A stretch of DNA of 64,000 nt from Desulfatiglandales bacterium (GTDB taxonomy: Bacteria; Desulfobacterota; DSM-4660; Desulfatiglandales; Desulfatiglandaceae): the NCBI GenBank assembly GCA_963666345.1, contig OY762721.1, positions 736,001 through 800,000 on the forward strand, given 5' to 3'. Positions 1 to 9,496 of this stretch are shown here, piece by piece (position 1 is the first letter of the stretch; every line of letters starts with the position of its first letter). The position numbers were made by a program, and so were the translations under genes. Under the pieces are notes generated by a model. That model made no database searches. It had not been told where the DNA came from and was given only the letters and a program-made list of their open reading frames with translations.

Positions 1-603
1 AAACTTTCCGAAAGGATACTGACAGGGGATCATTCATTCGGCCGGGGCTCGCAAAGAAAGATGATGACCGCCGTTTTCACCGACATAAGGGGTTTTTCAT
101 CCCTCACGGACAGTCTTGAACCGGAAGAGATCTCTCAGCTCTTAAACAATTACCTAACCGAAATGATCCGGGTGGTCCATCACTTTGACGGCACCCTCAA
201 CAAGATAATAGGGGACGGGATTCTGATATTTTTCGGTGATCCGATCCCCTTTAAAGACCACGCAGAAAGGGCCGTCAAGATGGCGATATCCATGCAGGAG
301 GAGACCGTCAAGCTCAAAGATGAGTGGCAGCGTTTCGGTCATGAACTGGCAGTGGGTATAGGAATAAATACAGGTTATATGACCGTCGGGAACATCGGCT
401 CTGACGCGCACCTTGACTATACGGTAATAGGAAACCAGGTGAACGTGGCTGCAAGGCTCGAGTCTTTGGCGGGACCGGGACAGATTCTCATCAGCCAGAG
501 GACATATTCAAGGGTTAGGGATCTGGTGGCGGTCGAGGAGATGGGAGAGATCACCGTAAAAGGCATCCATAACGACATAAAGACATACAGCGTGGTATGG
601 TGA
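1..603 (+). CDS. Class III adenylate/guanylate cyclase, C-terminal part (5' end outside window)
   Basis: Frame open from base 1; motifs FTDIRGFS, KIIGDGIL, GIGINTG, DYTVIGNQVNVAARLE, VKG. Confidence 0.93.
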   Translation, partial: KLSERILTGDHSFGRGSQRKMMTAVFTDIRGFSSLTDSLEPEEISQLLNNYLTEMIRVVHHFDGTLNKIIGDGILIFFGDPIPFKDHAERAVKMAISMQEETVKLKDEWQRFGHELAVGIGINTGYMTVGNIGSDAHLDYTVIGNQVNVAARLESLAGPGQILISQRTYSRVRDLVAVEEMGEITVKGIHNDIKTYSVVW

Positions 604-609
604 AAAAAA

Positions 610-661
610 AGGGTCAAGGGGATTAAAAGACATCACTTGATTCCTTGAATCCTTGGGCCCT
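610..661. repeat. Hairpin built of inverted 8-nt units (AGGATTCA family) between convergent genes
   Basis: gggtcaaggggatt ... tgattcct tgaatcct tgggccct; same unit as at 35455-35806. Confidence 0.55.
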
Positions 662-666
662 GCCTT

Positions 667-3186
667 TTAAAACAGATCATCCAGTTCCGAATACCCTCCC
701 CCTGGCATCCGGCCATGTTCCTTAAGGTAGCGCACTATAAGCTCGCTTTCCCTCTTTGAGTACATCCTGTCTTCCTCAAAATCAAAGAAGCGGGCATGTG
801 CGCCTTGCTCAAGCTCCCCAAGAAGACTTTTTCTTATCGTGGCTGTACCCTTTATGGCAATGACGTTCCTTTGTTCACTGTAGAGACGATAGACACCTTC
901 CCCTTGAGGACACCTCCCCACATTTTCTTTTGTAAAAGGCGTGACCTTTTCAGGCGGAAACTGGGCACGAGTGATACGGAGCCGCAGGTCGCAGTCAAGG
1001 CATCTTTTTGCCTCCCTTATCGCCTGATCGCGCCCTAGGCCCGGACATACCTCGTCAAAGCAGCAGCGCCTTTTTTCAGGTATTATCTTCGGGGCACTTT
1101 CCCGCGCAAGAGAGGCAAAACCCTCGATCTTTCCGATATGAGGCTCAGGCACGTCCCTGTCAAAAAGCACCTCATCAATCACTCCTTCACCTCCAAGTGC
1201 CCTGTCGATCGATTCGGCGGCCGTTCTTCCTGCTGAAACCGCATGAATAATGGAACCCGAACGGGTAAGATCTCCTCCCGCAAACACGCCCTTTAGACCT
1301 GTTTCAAGGGTTTTTTCATCGCAAACGAAAAGTCCTTCCCTGACCTCGATGGGGCGCGACTTTCCGGTAAAGGATAGATCAGGCACCTGGCCCGCGGCAA
1401 TGATGATCCGCTCCCCGTAGATGGTCTTTGCCGTATCGCCGAACAGGGGATTAAAGAGGCCTTTTTCATTAAAAACCGACACGCACTTTACAAGCATAAG
1501 CCCGATAATCTTTTCACCGGCCGTCAAAAGCCTTTGAGGCCCCAGACGGTTCATGATAGCTATTCCCTCATCAAGTGCGGCTTCTATCTCCCGCCTGCCT
1601 GCGGGCATCTTATCCCGCTTTTCAAGGCAGACCATTATCACCCTTTCAGCCCCCAGCCGCACGGCCGTGCGGGCCGCATCCACGGCCACGTTTCCCCCTC
1701 CTATCACTATTACCGAATCCTTCAGTTCAGGGGAACTTCCGATTGAAACCCTTTTAAGGAAATCCACCCCGAAAAGGATATCCTTATGATCCGATCCCTC
1801 AAAGGGGATATGGCGGCTTAGCTGCGCGCCTAAAGCCAGGAAGGCTGCGTCAAATCCCTCCCCTTTAAGGTCTTCAATGCTGAAGTCTTTTCCAACGACC
1901 GTACCGGGCATAAAATCGATACCAAGGCCCATTATCTTCCTTATCTCCCTTTCAAGGAGATCCCGAGGCAGCCTGAAACGTGGGATCCCGTATCGCATCA
2001 TGCCGCCCGGCCTGTCATGGGCATCAAACATGGTTATCGCGTGGCCAAGCCTTCTGAGATAAAAGGCGGCAGTGAGTCCTGCAGGACCCGCCCCCACAAC
2101 AGCCACCCTTTTTCCTGTTTCATCCCTTTGGATGGTTTTTTTCTTCCACAGCCCCTTTTCATTATCCGCGGCAAATCTTTTAAGGGCGCATATGGCTATT
2201 GGTTCGTCTATCTCGCCCCTCCTGCACGCATCCTCGCATGGAGCCGTGCATACCCTTCCGAGGATACCGGGAAACGGGACCTTTTCCCTTATTACCGCAT
2301 GAGCCTCATCCTCTCTTCCTTCGGCAATAAGCCTTATGTAGCCGGGGATATCAATATGCGCGGGACATGCCGCCCTGCATGGGACAAGGTCATCATCCCT
2401 TTTCCCCGGCCTTACGGCCTTATCCATGAGCGCTCCTGTGGGGCAGACCTCGACACAGGCGGTGCAGAACCTGCACCCGGATTCCTCAAGTGTAGGGGAA
2501 AGGGTGCCTACCCTGATCTTGCCCTTTTTATCAAAGACAAACCCTAGGGCCCCCACACCCCTGAGATCATTACAGGCCCTCACGCATCTCAGGCAACCTA
2601 TGCACAAGTTGTAATCGCGCGCAAAAAGTGGGTCTTTCTCTACCACCGGCAGATCTGTCGGCACCCATCTGGGGGTCTCAGGAAGTATGCCTATAAAATT
2701 TGCAACCGCCTCGAGTTCACAGCTCCCGAAAAGGGTGCAGCACCTCTCGTTTTGAGGCACGTCTAAAGAGCACTGTGTCATGCTGCATCCTTCCTGCTGC
2801 GCGCAGGTAAGGCAGGCGTGCCTGTGCCCGGAAAGGATCGGGACAAGCCTTTTACGTCTTTCTGCCTTTACCAGCTCGGTATCGGTTCTTACGACCATCC
2901 CCTCCATTACCGGTGTTGCGCAGGACCTCACAAGCTCATCTTCACCTTCAACCTCCACCAGGCAGAGCATGCAGCCTTCAGCCCTTTTTTCAGGAAATGC
3001 GTTTTCTATCCTGACATCTCCCTGATATACGGCGGATGCAGGTTCCATCCCCTCAGCCTTCGGCAGATCAGGATGTGAGCAGAGGCAAGGTACGTATATC
3101 CCGGCCATGCGCGCGGCCTCAAGCACGCTCGTTTCCTCCTCGGCCTTAATATCAAAGCCGTCTATTGTGAGATTCACCTTGGTCAT
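667..3186 (-). CDS. BzdV-like multidomain Fe-S flavoprotein (NuoG-type 2Fe-2S/4Fe-4S + GltD-type NAD(P)H oxidoreductase + small C-terminal domain)
   Basis: N-terminal PCLCSHP..GCMLC..C; HRHACLTC; CxxCxxC ferredoxin motifs; PCRAACP; GAGPAG; GGGNVAVD; located directly downstream of bzdQ. Confidence 0.85.
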   Translation of the reverse strand: MTKVNLTIDGFDIKAEEETSVLEAARMAGIYVPCLCSHPDLPKAEGMEPASAVYQGDVRIENAFPEKRAEGCMLCLVEVEGEDELVRSCATPVMEGMVVRTDTELVKAERRKRLVPILSGHRHACLTCAQQEGCSMTQCSLDVPQNERCCTLFGSCELEAVANFIGILPETPRWVPTDLPVVEKDPLFARDYNLCIGCLRCVRACNDLRGVGALGFVFDKKGKIRVGTLSPTLEESGCRFCTACVEVCPTGALMDKAVRPGKRDDDLVPCRAACPAHIDIPGYIRLIAEGREDEAHAVIREKVPFPGILGRVCTAPCEDACRRGEIDEPIAICALKRFAADNEKGLWKKKTIQRDETGKRVAVVGAGPAGLTAAFYLRRLGHAITMFDAHDRPGGMMRYGIPRFRLPRDLLEREIRKIMGLGIDFMPGTVVGKDFSIEDLKGEGFDAAFLALGAQLSRHIPFEGSDHKDILFGVDFLKRVSIGSSPELKDSVIVIGGGNVAVDAARTAVRLGAERVIMVCLEKRDKMPAGRREIEAALDEGIAIMNRLGPQRLLTAGEKIIGLMLVKCVSVFNEKGLFNPLFGDTAKTIYGERIIIAAGQVPDLSFTGKSRPIEVREGLFVCDEKTLETGLKGVFAGGDLTRSGSIIHAVSAGRTAAESIDRALGGEGVIDEVLFDRDVPEPHIGKIEGFASLARESAPKIIPEKRRCCFDEVCPGLGRDQAIREAKRCLDCDLRLRITRAQFPPEKVTPFTKENVGRCPQGEGVYRLYSEQRNVIAIKGTATIRKSLLGELEQGAHARFFDFEEDRMYSKRESELIVRYLKEHGRMPGGGYSELDDLF

Positions 3187-3192
3187 GGATAT

Positions 3193-4098
3193 TTATCCGG
3201 CAGAAAGAATTTTTCTTTTTTTCTTTTTCCCCTTCTTCGCAAGGGCGTACGCGAACAGGGCCGCCCCCACGGCACCTGCGATCTGGGGGTCCCACTCGCT
3301 CTTCAAGCGCCCTAATTTAAGCAAAGGCATGAGCCTGTCCATAACGCCCCTGTTTTTTGCCATCCCGCCTGTCACGGCAAACTCCGGAACTACCCCCAGC
3401 CGCTCCAGAAGGGAGAAGATCCGCTCGGACGTAGCCCGGCAGTACGCGGCAAGGACCGGTTCTTTTGCCCACCCCTTCCTTAAAAGCCCCGCAGCCTCTG
3501 ATTTTGCGTATACCACGCAGGTATTGGTCACGGCATCCGGCTCTTCACCTTCATATTGAAAGGATCTTTCCCCCACCTCCGTAACCGGTATCTCCAGAAG
3601 ATCGGCAAATACCTCCATGCCACGGCCTGTACCGGCTGCGCACTTGTCGTTCATGAGGAAATTTGACACCTTTCCCTTTTCATCGCACAGTATCGCCTTT
3701 ATGTCCTGCCCCCCCACGTCGAGTACCGTGCGTACCTGAGGGCCGTACATGAAATTGGCGCCCCTTGCGTGACATGCGATCTCGGTGATCGTTCGATCGG
3801 CCGCAGGCACATTCACGCGTCCGTAGCCTGTGCCCACACAGTAGCCGATCCTTTCTTCAGGAATGGCTGCTGCCTCAAGCGCAAATTTAAGGGCATTACT
3901 GCCGCTTTCCGCACTGTCAAAACCGGTCGCCATGTTCGAATAGGCAAGAATCTCCCCGTCCGCCATGATCACGGCCTGAGAGCTGACAGAGCCTACATCT
4001 ACTCCTGCGCTTATAAACCGGGCATCCTTCCATTTGATATCCCCGCTTTTCCAGATGCAATCCTTTAATCCGGCCGATTCCTGTTTTTTCTTCGCCAT
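3193..4098 (-). CDS. bzdQ: Benzoyl-CoA reductase (bzd-type) subunit Q, ASKHA ATPase electron-activation subunit
   Basis: WKDARFISAGVDVGSVSSQAVIM, GTGYGRVNV, TEIACHARGA, DVGGQD, NDKCAAGTGRG. Confidence 0.85.
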   Translation of the reverse strand: MAKKKQESAGLKDCIWKSGDIKWKDARFISAGVDVGSVSSQAVIMADGEILAYSNMATGFDSAESGSNALKFALEAAAIPEERIGYCVGTGYGRVNVPAADRTITEIACHARGANFMYGPQVRTVLDVGGQDIKAILCDEKGKVSNFLMNDKCAAGTGRGMEVFADLLEIPVTEVGERSFQYEGEEPDAVTNTCVVYAKSEAAGLLRKGWAKEPVLAAYCRATSERIFSLLERLGVVPEFAVTGGMAKNRGVMDRLMPLLKLGRLKSEWDPQIAGAVGAALFAYALAKKGKKKKRKILSAG

Positions 4099-4182
4099 TT
4101 ACATCTCCTTAAGATACACAAGCCTTGGTGCACTCGCTTAAGGGTGTTCAAATATGGACTCACGAATTGGTGTCTTAAATGC

Positions 4183-4965
4183 TCACATCCCTTCCGCGGC
4201 CAGAAGGGCCGCGCCAACTGCCGCGCCGAATTGGGGATTATCAGGGATATAAATCTTTTCGACCTTAAGCGCCCGCCTTACCGCCTCAACAATTGCCGGA
4301 TTGAATGCCACACCGCCCAGCATGACAACGTCTTCACTCACACCCACCCTCAGTATCATGGACACGATTCGAGCAGCCACCGCCTCATGCACCGCCCGGC
4401 TGATGTCCTCCCTAGCAGTACCGGCATGAATAAGCCCAACCACCTCTGATTCTGCAAAGACCGCGCACTGGGCGTTCATGGCAATTCCCCTGTCCGATTG
4501 AAGGGCCAGAGGCCCCATCTCCCCAAGGGGTATCTCAAGGATGCGGGCCATGTCTTCTATAAAAGTCCCCGTGCCTGCCGCACATCTTTCGTTTATCTCG
4601 GAATCTATCACATTTCCCTTCTGGTCGATCCTGACCGCCCTTCCCTCTTCAGCCCCCACATCAATCACGGTTCCCGCGTCAGCGAAGAAGTATCCGCCTC
4701 CCCTTGAAACGGCCCTGATATCGTCAAGCGGGCTGTCGGCTGTCCTGATAAAATCTTTCCCTGAGCCTGTGCCTCCGATCCTCTCTATCTCCTGTCTTGT
4801 TACGCCTGCGTCTTCAAGCGCACTCTCAAAAGACTCATAAATCGCCTTTTCCTGATCAAAACCCGTCAGCACGGAGCCCCTGCCGATAACCGAGCCATCC
4901 TTCATGATGACGGTCTTTGTATTCCTGGCGCCGCAATCGATTCCCGCAGTTATCATCTCTACCAT
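4183..4965 (-). CDS. BzdP-like CoA-substrate-specific activase (ASKHA ATPase); start 4965 or 4956
   Basis: ITAGIDCGA, IDVGAEEGRA, NERCAAGTG, NAQCAVFAESE; tandem with bzdQ. Confidence 0.85.
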   Translation of the reverse strand: MVEMITAGIDCGARNTKTVIMKDGSVIGRGSVLTGFDQEKAIYESFESALEDAGVTRQEIERIGGTGSGKDFIRTADSPLDDIRAVSRGGGYFFADAGTVIDVGAEEGRAVRIDQKGNVIDSEINERCAAGTGTFIEDMARILEIPLGEMGPLALQSDRGIAMNAQCAVFAESEVVGLIHAGTAREDISRAVHEAVAARIVSMILRVGVSEDVVMLGGVAFNPAIVEAVRRALKVEKIYIPDNPQFGAAVGAALLAAEGM

Positions 4966-4977
4966 CCCTTTCAGGCA

Positions 4978-5139
4978 AATTTGACGGTCTCGTAAAAAGT
5001 CCAACTGCTGCGTTATGCTTCATCTTTCGTTATTGCGACGTACCGTGAGTACGTCTCATTCCTCAAGATTTGCAAGCCTTGCATTTGGGCCTTTTTACTT
5101 TGCCGTCCCAAGTATGACTTTTTACGAATTCATCAAATT
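4978..5139. repeat. Non-coding MITE-like element with ~24-bp imperfect terminal inverted repeats
   Basis: Left aatttgacggtctcgtaaaaagtc; right gactttttacgaattcatcaaatt; single-end remnant gatgcgttcgtaaaaagtcaa near 56816. Confidence 0.7.
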
Positions 5140-5524
5140 CATTCCCTGTATCTTTATACCGCATATCTTTACTATTTTATTCCTATAATATCAATCAACC
5201 ATATTGCCGATCAATAAGCCCTTTTTATTTTGCTATTGTTATTTATGCCTCGATATCATAATCTATCAGAACTGTCGGATAATATTATGCTTGCCGGTAA
5301 TTGTGGCGGGGCAAAACCTTTAACACTTGATCCATGAGACGAAGATTGGGATCCGCTCGGATTTTTTTAATTTTCCATTATCTGTCAGGTGGAAAATGCA
5401 ATGTAAACTTTTTCATATTTCATATTTTAATATGTCAATATAAGGAGTTATTTCCATTCTATAGAAACAATACATGCAAAACTTTCCTTATATTGGTGCT
5501 GTTGGGCCAAAGAGAGGCAGCAAA

Positions 5525-6064
5525 TTGAAGACATTGTGGGGTACACGCGAGGCCGCAATAGCCGAACTCTCAACGGCAATGAAAGATGAAGCGGACCTTG
5601 TCGAGGATACGTTCAGGGTTATTGACAAAATCATAGTGCGCTTCGATTCCCGCCAGGCGGAGGATTCTTACGCCCGCGCCTGTGGCTTCACCTTGGCGAA
5701 AGCACGTAATCTTGCGCTTGGCTGCTTCAGTCTCGTTCTTGACGGCCTCGGGCAGGAAGCAGAAGCTCTTATGCGTCCCCTGCTCGAGGCTCACGAACTA
5801 CTCGTATATTTCCGGCTTGAGCCCTCTGGAGTCGACCGTGCGCTCCAAGGGCGCCTGCCTCCCGCCGGCAAGATAGCCAAACGGATCAAGGGACAATACC
5901 ACGATTTCAGAAAACACCTTAACGAGCATGCCTCTCATTTTGGCTTCAGTACATATTCGCTTAGACACATACTCGACGGTAAAGAGCTCAAAATCCGGAA
6001 GGTCCAGCCCATGCTTCCGTTGGTTCTGCGGCGCAACGTAAAAACTGGTCAAGTCTGCCTTTGA
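5525..6064 (+). pseudogene. Probable integron-cassette-derived helical protein, apparently 3'-truncated
   Basis: GTTGGGC core-like site at 5501, GAGAGG RBS, TTG start; GC-rich relative to flanks; R-x-x-x-E helix motif (MRPLLE); composition changes near 6037. Confidence 0.45.
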
Positions 6065-6245
6065 CCTTTGGCCCCTTTTCACACACCACCGCAACATCAG
6101 CTCCGGCTTTGTCTTAGCCTGGCATTCTGGTTGATATATTCAATATATTAACCTGATTCATCCTGATACGCATTTTATATATTTCTTTTGAATCAGATTT
6201 CGTCTGTGTTACGATCAGGTGATATTACGAACGAAATCCTCTCAT

Positions 6246-6323
6246 GGCTACAGGACTCACATACATGGGACTTTCACCCCATAAGCCCTTCGGCCTTGGG
6301 CCAGGGGCCGAAGGGTTCACGCC
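6246..6323 (-). mobile_element. Remnant of the 5' region of a group IIC intron, interrupted by a 30-nt hairpin
   Basis: Minus strand reads ggcgtgaa[hairpin 6286-6315]cttatggggtgaaagtcccatg, resembling the IIC intron 5' segment. Confidence 0.55.
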
Positions 6324-6374
6324 AGCAAGATTTTATCTTGAGTGAATCATTTCATGGAAAGAGAGGTTTTTATT

Positions 6375-6887
6375 ATGCCTGTTTTGAAATTCTATACGAA
6401 CAAATTATTATTATCCGCCCTTGTTCTTTTTATGACCTCTTTTGGCTTGCCGGTTCTGGCTAGCTCCGAGGTACAATCTTCTGATGGAGCGACCATATAT
6501 GTCTCCATCTATTCTAATGTTTACTCCGGCCCCAAGAAGGTACCATTTCAACTGGCAGCGATGTTAAGCATTCGCAACACGGATCCCAAATACCCTATTA
6601 CGGTTTTGAAGGCAGACTATTATGATAACAATGGGAGGATGATCGAAAGATATATTGAAAAGCATATTGAATTGGGACCACTGACCTCTACGTATTTCTA
6701 TGTTAAGGAATACGATGAGAGAGGTGGACCTGGAGCCAATTTTATTGTCAAATGGTGTTCCGCCAATAAAGTGAACAAACCAATCATTGAAGGAATAATG
6801 CTGGGATTAACATCCGGACAAGGGTTGTCCTTTATCTGCCCCGGGCAACCGATAAAAGAGCATGGCAGCCGGAACCCGGTTAAATGA
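6375..6887 (+). CDS. DUF3124 domain exported protein
   Basis: Signal peptide; IYVSIYSNVY, LSIRNTD, ADYYD, GGPGANFIVKW, PIIE motifs; GAGAGG RBS. Confidence 0.85.
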   Translation: MPVLKFYTNKLLLSALVLFMTSFGLPVLASSEVQSSDGATIYVSIYSNVYSGPKKVPFQLAAMLSIRNTDPKYPITVLKADYYDNNGRMIERYIEKHIELGPLTSTYFYVKEYDERGGPGANFIVKWCSANKVNKPIIEGIMLGLTSGQGLSFICPGQPIKEHGSRNPVK

Positions 6888-6901
6888 ATCAGCCACTTAC
6901 T

Positions 6902-6992
6902 CCGGTAGCCGGGAGTATTACCCCCCAGCCCCCGCAACACCCGGCATGCGGGTCTCCTTCGGCAGGCTCAGGACAAACTCGCCCGGGCGTAC
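6902..6992 (-). mobile_element. Collapsed group IIC intron (5' end or domain V fused to domains V/VI) with a REP-like insertion
   Basis: Minus strand gtacgcccgg-gcg[insert]gacccgcatgccgggtgttgcgggggctggggggtaatactcccggctaccgg matches IIC D5/D6 pattern; no RT ORF. Confidence 0.7.
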
Positions 6993-7058
6993 CACAAAGC
7001 ACTGCACAAGGATTTCTCAAATCTACACATCTTCGAAACCGGTGAGATTGAGTTGAGG
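6993..7058 (+). other. Degenerate integron attC-like site
   Basis: cacaaagcactgcac ... ccggtgagattgagttgagg: L-box-like actgcac/ggtgag and a GTTRRR-like end, abutting the intron end. Confidence 0.4.
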
Positions 7059-7134
7059 ACAAAAAAGCACCCCATGATTAAACAGCTGAGATGCTTTTTT
7101 GATTCGTAACGCTGTGTGCGTTGAACCCGGTTAC

Positions 7135-8760
7135 TTAAGCGGCTTCACGGATCAGGGTCTCCCTGGTTTCCGCAACTTCCGTGCTCTCGATATACTCGTC
7201 AAAAGTCATAAGCCGGTCGATGACGCCGCCGGGGGTGATCTCGATAATCCGGTTTACCACTGTATTCACGAACTCTCGGTCATGGGAGGTAAAAAGGATA
7301 ACCTCTTGAAATTTCAGCAGGCTGTCATTTAAGGACGTGATCGATTCCAGATCAAGGTGATTGGTCGGTTCATCCAGCATCAGGACATTGGATTCCGAAA
7401 GCATCATCCTTGAAAGCATGCAGCGAACCCTTTCCCCGCCTGAGAGCACGTCGATCTTTTTCTTGGCATCATCCCCTGAAAAAAGCATACGACCCAGGAA
7501 GGTCCTGGCGAAACTTTCGCCCTCCGTGGGGGGCGCGAACTGCAGTAACCACTCGATAAGGGTTTTTTCGCCCTTGAAATACACGCTGTGTTCCTTGGGA
7601 AAATAGGATGGGGTAATGGTGACGCCCCAGGAAAACGTGCCGCTGTCCGGTTTTATCTCACCGGCCAAGATCCGGAAAAGGGTTGTCTTGGCAAGGCTGT
7701 TTTTACCCATAAAAGCGATCTTATCCCCGTTGTTTACTATAAAACTTATATTGTTCAGTACCTTCTCGCCATCTATGGTTTTGGTGAGTCCCTTTACCTC
7801 CAGGATCACTTTACCGCAGGGCCGTTCCGGCTTAAAGGATATAAAGGGATACTTTCTCGACGATACGGGCATGTCCTCGATGGTGAGTTTCTCCAGGAGT
7901 TTCTTCCGCGAGGTTGCCTGCTTTGATTTGGAGGCATTGGAACTGAACCGCCGTATAAAAGACTTCAGTTCATCGGCCCTGTTCGCGATTTTCTTGTTAT
8001 CCGCCTGTTTCTGTCTCAGATGCAGCCGGCTGGCCTGGTACCAAAAATCATAGTTGCCCATGTACACCGAGATTTTGCCAAAATCGATGTCTGCGATATG
8101 AGTGCACGCCTGGTTCATGAAATGACGGTCGTGTGATACCACGATGACCGTATTCTGAAACCTGTAAAGAAACTCCTCAAGCCAGGCAATTGACTTGATG
8201 TCAAGATTGTTGGTGGGCTCGTCAAGGAGCAGGACGTCCGGGTTTCCGAACAGGGCCTGGGCAAGGAGCACCCGGACCTTTTCCCCTCCCTCAAGTTCCC
8301 TCATCTTTTTGAGGTGCATCTCTTTGCTAATTCCCAGGCTGTTTAAAAGGACCGCGGCTTCAGTATCCGCCTCATATCCGTTCATCTCTCCAAATTCGGC
8401 CTCAAGCTCACCTGACTTGATTCCGTCTTCTTCGGAAAAATCGGGCTTGGCATAAAGCGCCTCCCTTTCCGTCATAATTTTATACAATTTTTCATGGCCC
8501 ATGATCACCGTGTTTAATACTGCCTCCTCGTCAAAGGCAAAGTGGTCCTGCCTTAAAACCGCAATTCGCTCTCTGGGTCCCACTGAAACTGCCCCCGAGT
8601 CCGGTTCGATATCCCCGGCAAGGATCTTAAGAAACGTGGACTTTCCCGCGCCGTTGGCGCCGATGAGTCCATAGCAGTTGCCCGGTGCAAATTTTATATT
8701 GACATCTTTAAACAAAACCCTCTTTCCGTAGGAGAGGGTGACGTTGGTTGCACAAATCAT
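7135..8760 (-). CDS. ABC-F family ATPase (YbiT/YkpA-like)
   Basis: Two ABC domains (GANGAGKST, LDEPTNNLD; LSGGE, LDEPTNHLD), no transmembrane segments. Confidence 0.93.
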   Translation of the reverse strand: MICATNVTLSYGKRVLFKDVNIKFAPGNCYGLIGANGAGKSTFLKILAGDIEPDSGAVSVGPRERIAVLRQDHFAFDEEAVLNTVIMGHEKLYKIMTEREALYAKPDFSEEDGIKSGELEAEFGEMNGYEADTEAAVLLNSLGISKEMHLKKMRELEGGEKVRVLLAQALFGNPDVLLLDEPTNNLDIKSIAWLEEFLYRFQNTVIVVSHDRHFMNQACTHIADIDFGKISVYMGNYDFWYQASRLHLRQKQADNKKIANRADELKSFIRRFSSNASKSKQATSRKKLLEKLTIEDMPVSSRKYPFISFKPERPCGKVILEVKGLTKTIDGEKVLNNISFIVNNGDKIAFMGKNSLAKTTLFRILAGEIKPDSGTFSWGVTITPSYFPKEHSVYFKGEKTLIEWLLQFAPPTEGESFARTFLGRMLFSGDDAKKKIDVLSGGERVRCMLSRMMLSESNVLMLDEPTNHLDLESITSLNDSLLKFQEVILFTSHDREFVNTVVNRIIEITPGGVIDRLMTFDEYIESTEVAETRETLIREAA

Positions 8761-9028
8761 TTTTTTCCCCTTTTCATTAAATAAAAAACCACAGGAATGG
8801 CTCCTGTGGTTTGAAGTAAGGCGGTATCCTATCATCTTTGGAAATTAAAGGGAATCTTTTTTTCTCAGGCCCTAAAAGGCAAAGCGGTCACAGCTGCCTT
8901 TGGCTCTTGCCCCCTCTCACGAGCCACCCCTCAAAGCAGCAGGGATTCCCGGCTGAAAGCACCTGCAGACTTGAAACGTGAGTTGTTTATGGACTATATT
9001 AAGTTATGTTTATAAAGGGAGTATTCTC

Positions 9029-9454
9029 ATGAAAAGGGATCAGATAATCAGGATCATTCAGAAAAGGCTCGCGCTTGATGCTTCCGAGTTCCATGCGATT
9101 GAAAATAATCCCAGATTTCAGCGCCTGTTCGACAACGCCCTTGCCGCCTCCAGGTACAGGCTGGTGGCAGAGGTAATCGAATCCAGGGGCTGCCATTCGG
9201 GCCATACCGTGGGGCAGAGGATCATTTTTGATTCCACGGGAAATCTCCTTACCCGGGAGGCACCCGAGCGCGTCTGCTCATTTCTTTTGCCCAATCTGCT
9301 CCTTCTGGTAAACGTCTTTTTTGAAAACCTCATGAGCGGAAGGGACCCTAACGAGGTGATCTTCAACCGCACCGGCTGTTTCGACGTAGGTCCCGCCCGC
9401 GGCGGATGGGGCCATGTGGTAATGGAAATGAGGGCCGTAAAACAGGAGACTTAA
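9029..9454 (+). CDS. Hypothetical Cys/His-containing small protein
   Basis: AAGGGAG RBS; GCHSGH..G, VC, GCFDVG..GGWG; co-oriented upstream of fdhD. Confidence 0.7.
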   Translation: MKRDQIIRIIQKRLALDASEFHAIENNPRFQRLFDNALAASRYRLVAEVIESRGCHSGHTVGQRIIFDSTGNLLTREAPERVCSFLLPNLLLLVNVFFENLMSGRDPNEVIFNRTGCFDVGPARGGWGHVVMEMRAVKQET

Positions 9455-9496
9455 AGTGCGAGCATATCGGAACCGGAAGGGACGGAAACATCCCTC

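Noticed and set aside
8860..8975. Possible riboswitch or IS end upstream of the fdhD unit
   Set aside because: Only short GC-rich hairpins; no family consensus I can support
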